From Monocercomonoides exilis PA203 (taxonomy: Eukaryota; Protista; Preaxostyla): a DNA stretch of 64,000 nucleotides. The notes under the pieces are model-generated. The model saw only the letters and a list, made by a program, of their open reading frames with translations, ran no database searches and had not been told where the DNA came from. The stretch covers positions 186,001 through 250,000 of the forward strand of contig LSRY02000034.1 of NCBI GenBank assembly GCA_001643675.2. The letters run 5' to 3'. How positions within the stretch are numbered: the stretch's first letter is position 1; each line of letters begins with the position of its first letter. This document shows positions 63,378 to 64,000 of the stretch, piece after piece. The position numbers and the translations under genes were made by a program.

Positions 63378-64000
63378 TATATCAGAAATTTCTTCAAAAA
63401 CATTTATTTTTTCACTTTCCGATTTTAACATGATTGCATCCAATTCGTGCTTGCATCTCAAATGACTTCCCTTCAAATATGGCTTTTCCCAAAAATCGCT
63501 TTATCAAATTGTTTCATTTTCCGCGACTAGTCGAAGGTTTGTGGAATTGTTAAATCTGAAAATGTCCATTCTGATCCTAACTAAGTATCTCTTTATGCCT
63601 TTTTGTTTATAATTTCTGTGAATTCCTTCAGATTCCAAAAAAAAGGCAAAATCATCCTCTTTTTTTGATTTCGCACAGATTGATCGGCTTTCTACGACTC
63701 AAAATCACCCCATTGTAATTTTATTTAGGCTGTTTTTTTATGAAAGAATGAATATTCATTTTGAATCTCTTAATTGATGCTGAAGGCAAAATCTACTGTT
63801 GGATCTGAGGGATGTTGAATGAAATAAATAATCAACATCATTTCTGTGATTCATTGAGGAAGCCGAAGAAGAATGCGATTTGAATCAGATGAAATGAATA
63901 TGTCTTGATGGCATTATTTTCATCATCAGAATAATTAATGTAAAATGAAATGAATGTGTGTTTGGTGAATAGATGTTGAGAGGAAGATATGTGAATAAAA

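Overview
Eukaryotic, AT-rich, intron-rich genomic DNA (short GT..AG introns, standard genetic code). The lineage-specific multicopy families, long poly-Ser/poly-Glu insertions and PPi-linked metabolism suggest an anaerobic oxymonad such as Monocercomonoides; this is an inference. Host genes: tandem ubiquitin-like protein, bacterial-type cytidylate kinase, eIF2-gamma, Rad18-like E3, PP1-like phosphatase, SLC35-type transporter, inositol 5-phosphatase, ceramide synthase, Rbx1, a CDK-like kinase, a possible PH-domain protein, a K+-independent H+-pyrophosphatase, RPL23 and a RING protein. Several are packed head-to-head. Between them lie DNA transposons whose ends can be read directly: two hAT elements (21718-25246 and 51347-57886, related 15-bp TIRs, perfect 8-bp TSDs), a Merlin/IS1595-like element (43037-44506, 8-bp TSD) nested in a long inverted repeat, a MITE, a pogo-like transposase and a ~1 kb foldback element. 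The main candidate for an undescribed system is that both hAT elements carry a member or fragment of a host multicopy gene family between their TIRs ('Pack-hAT'). One cargo has its full-length paralog in the same window, so hAT capture may help drive gene-family expansion in this lineage.
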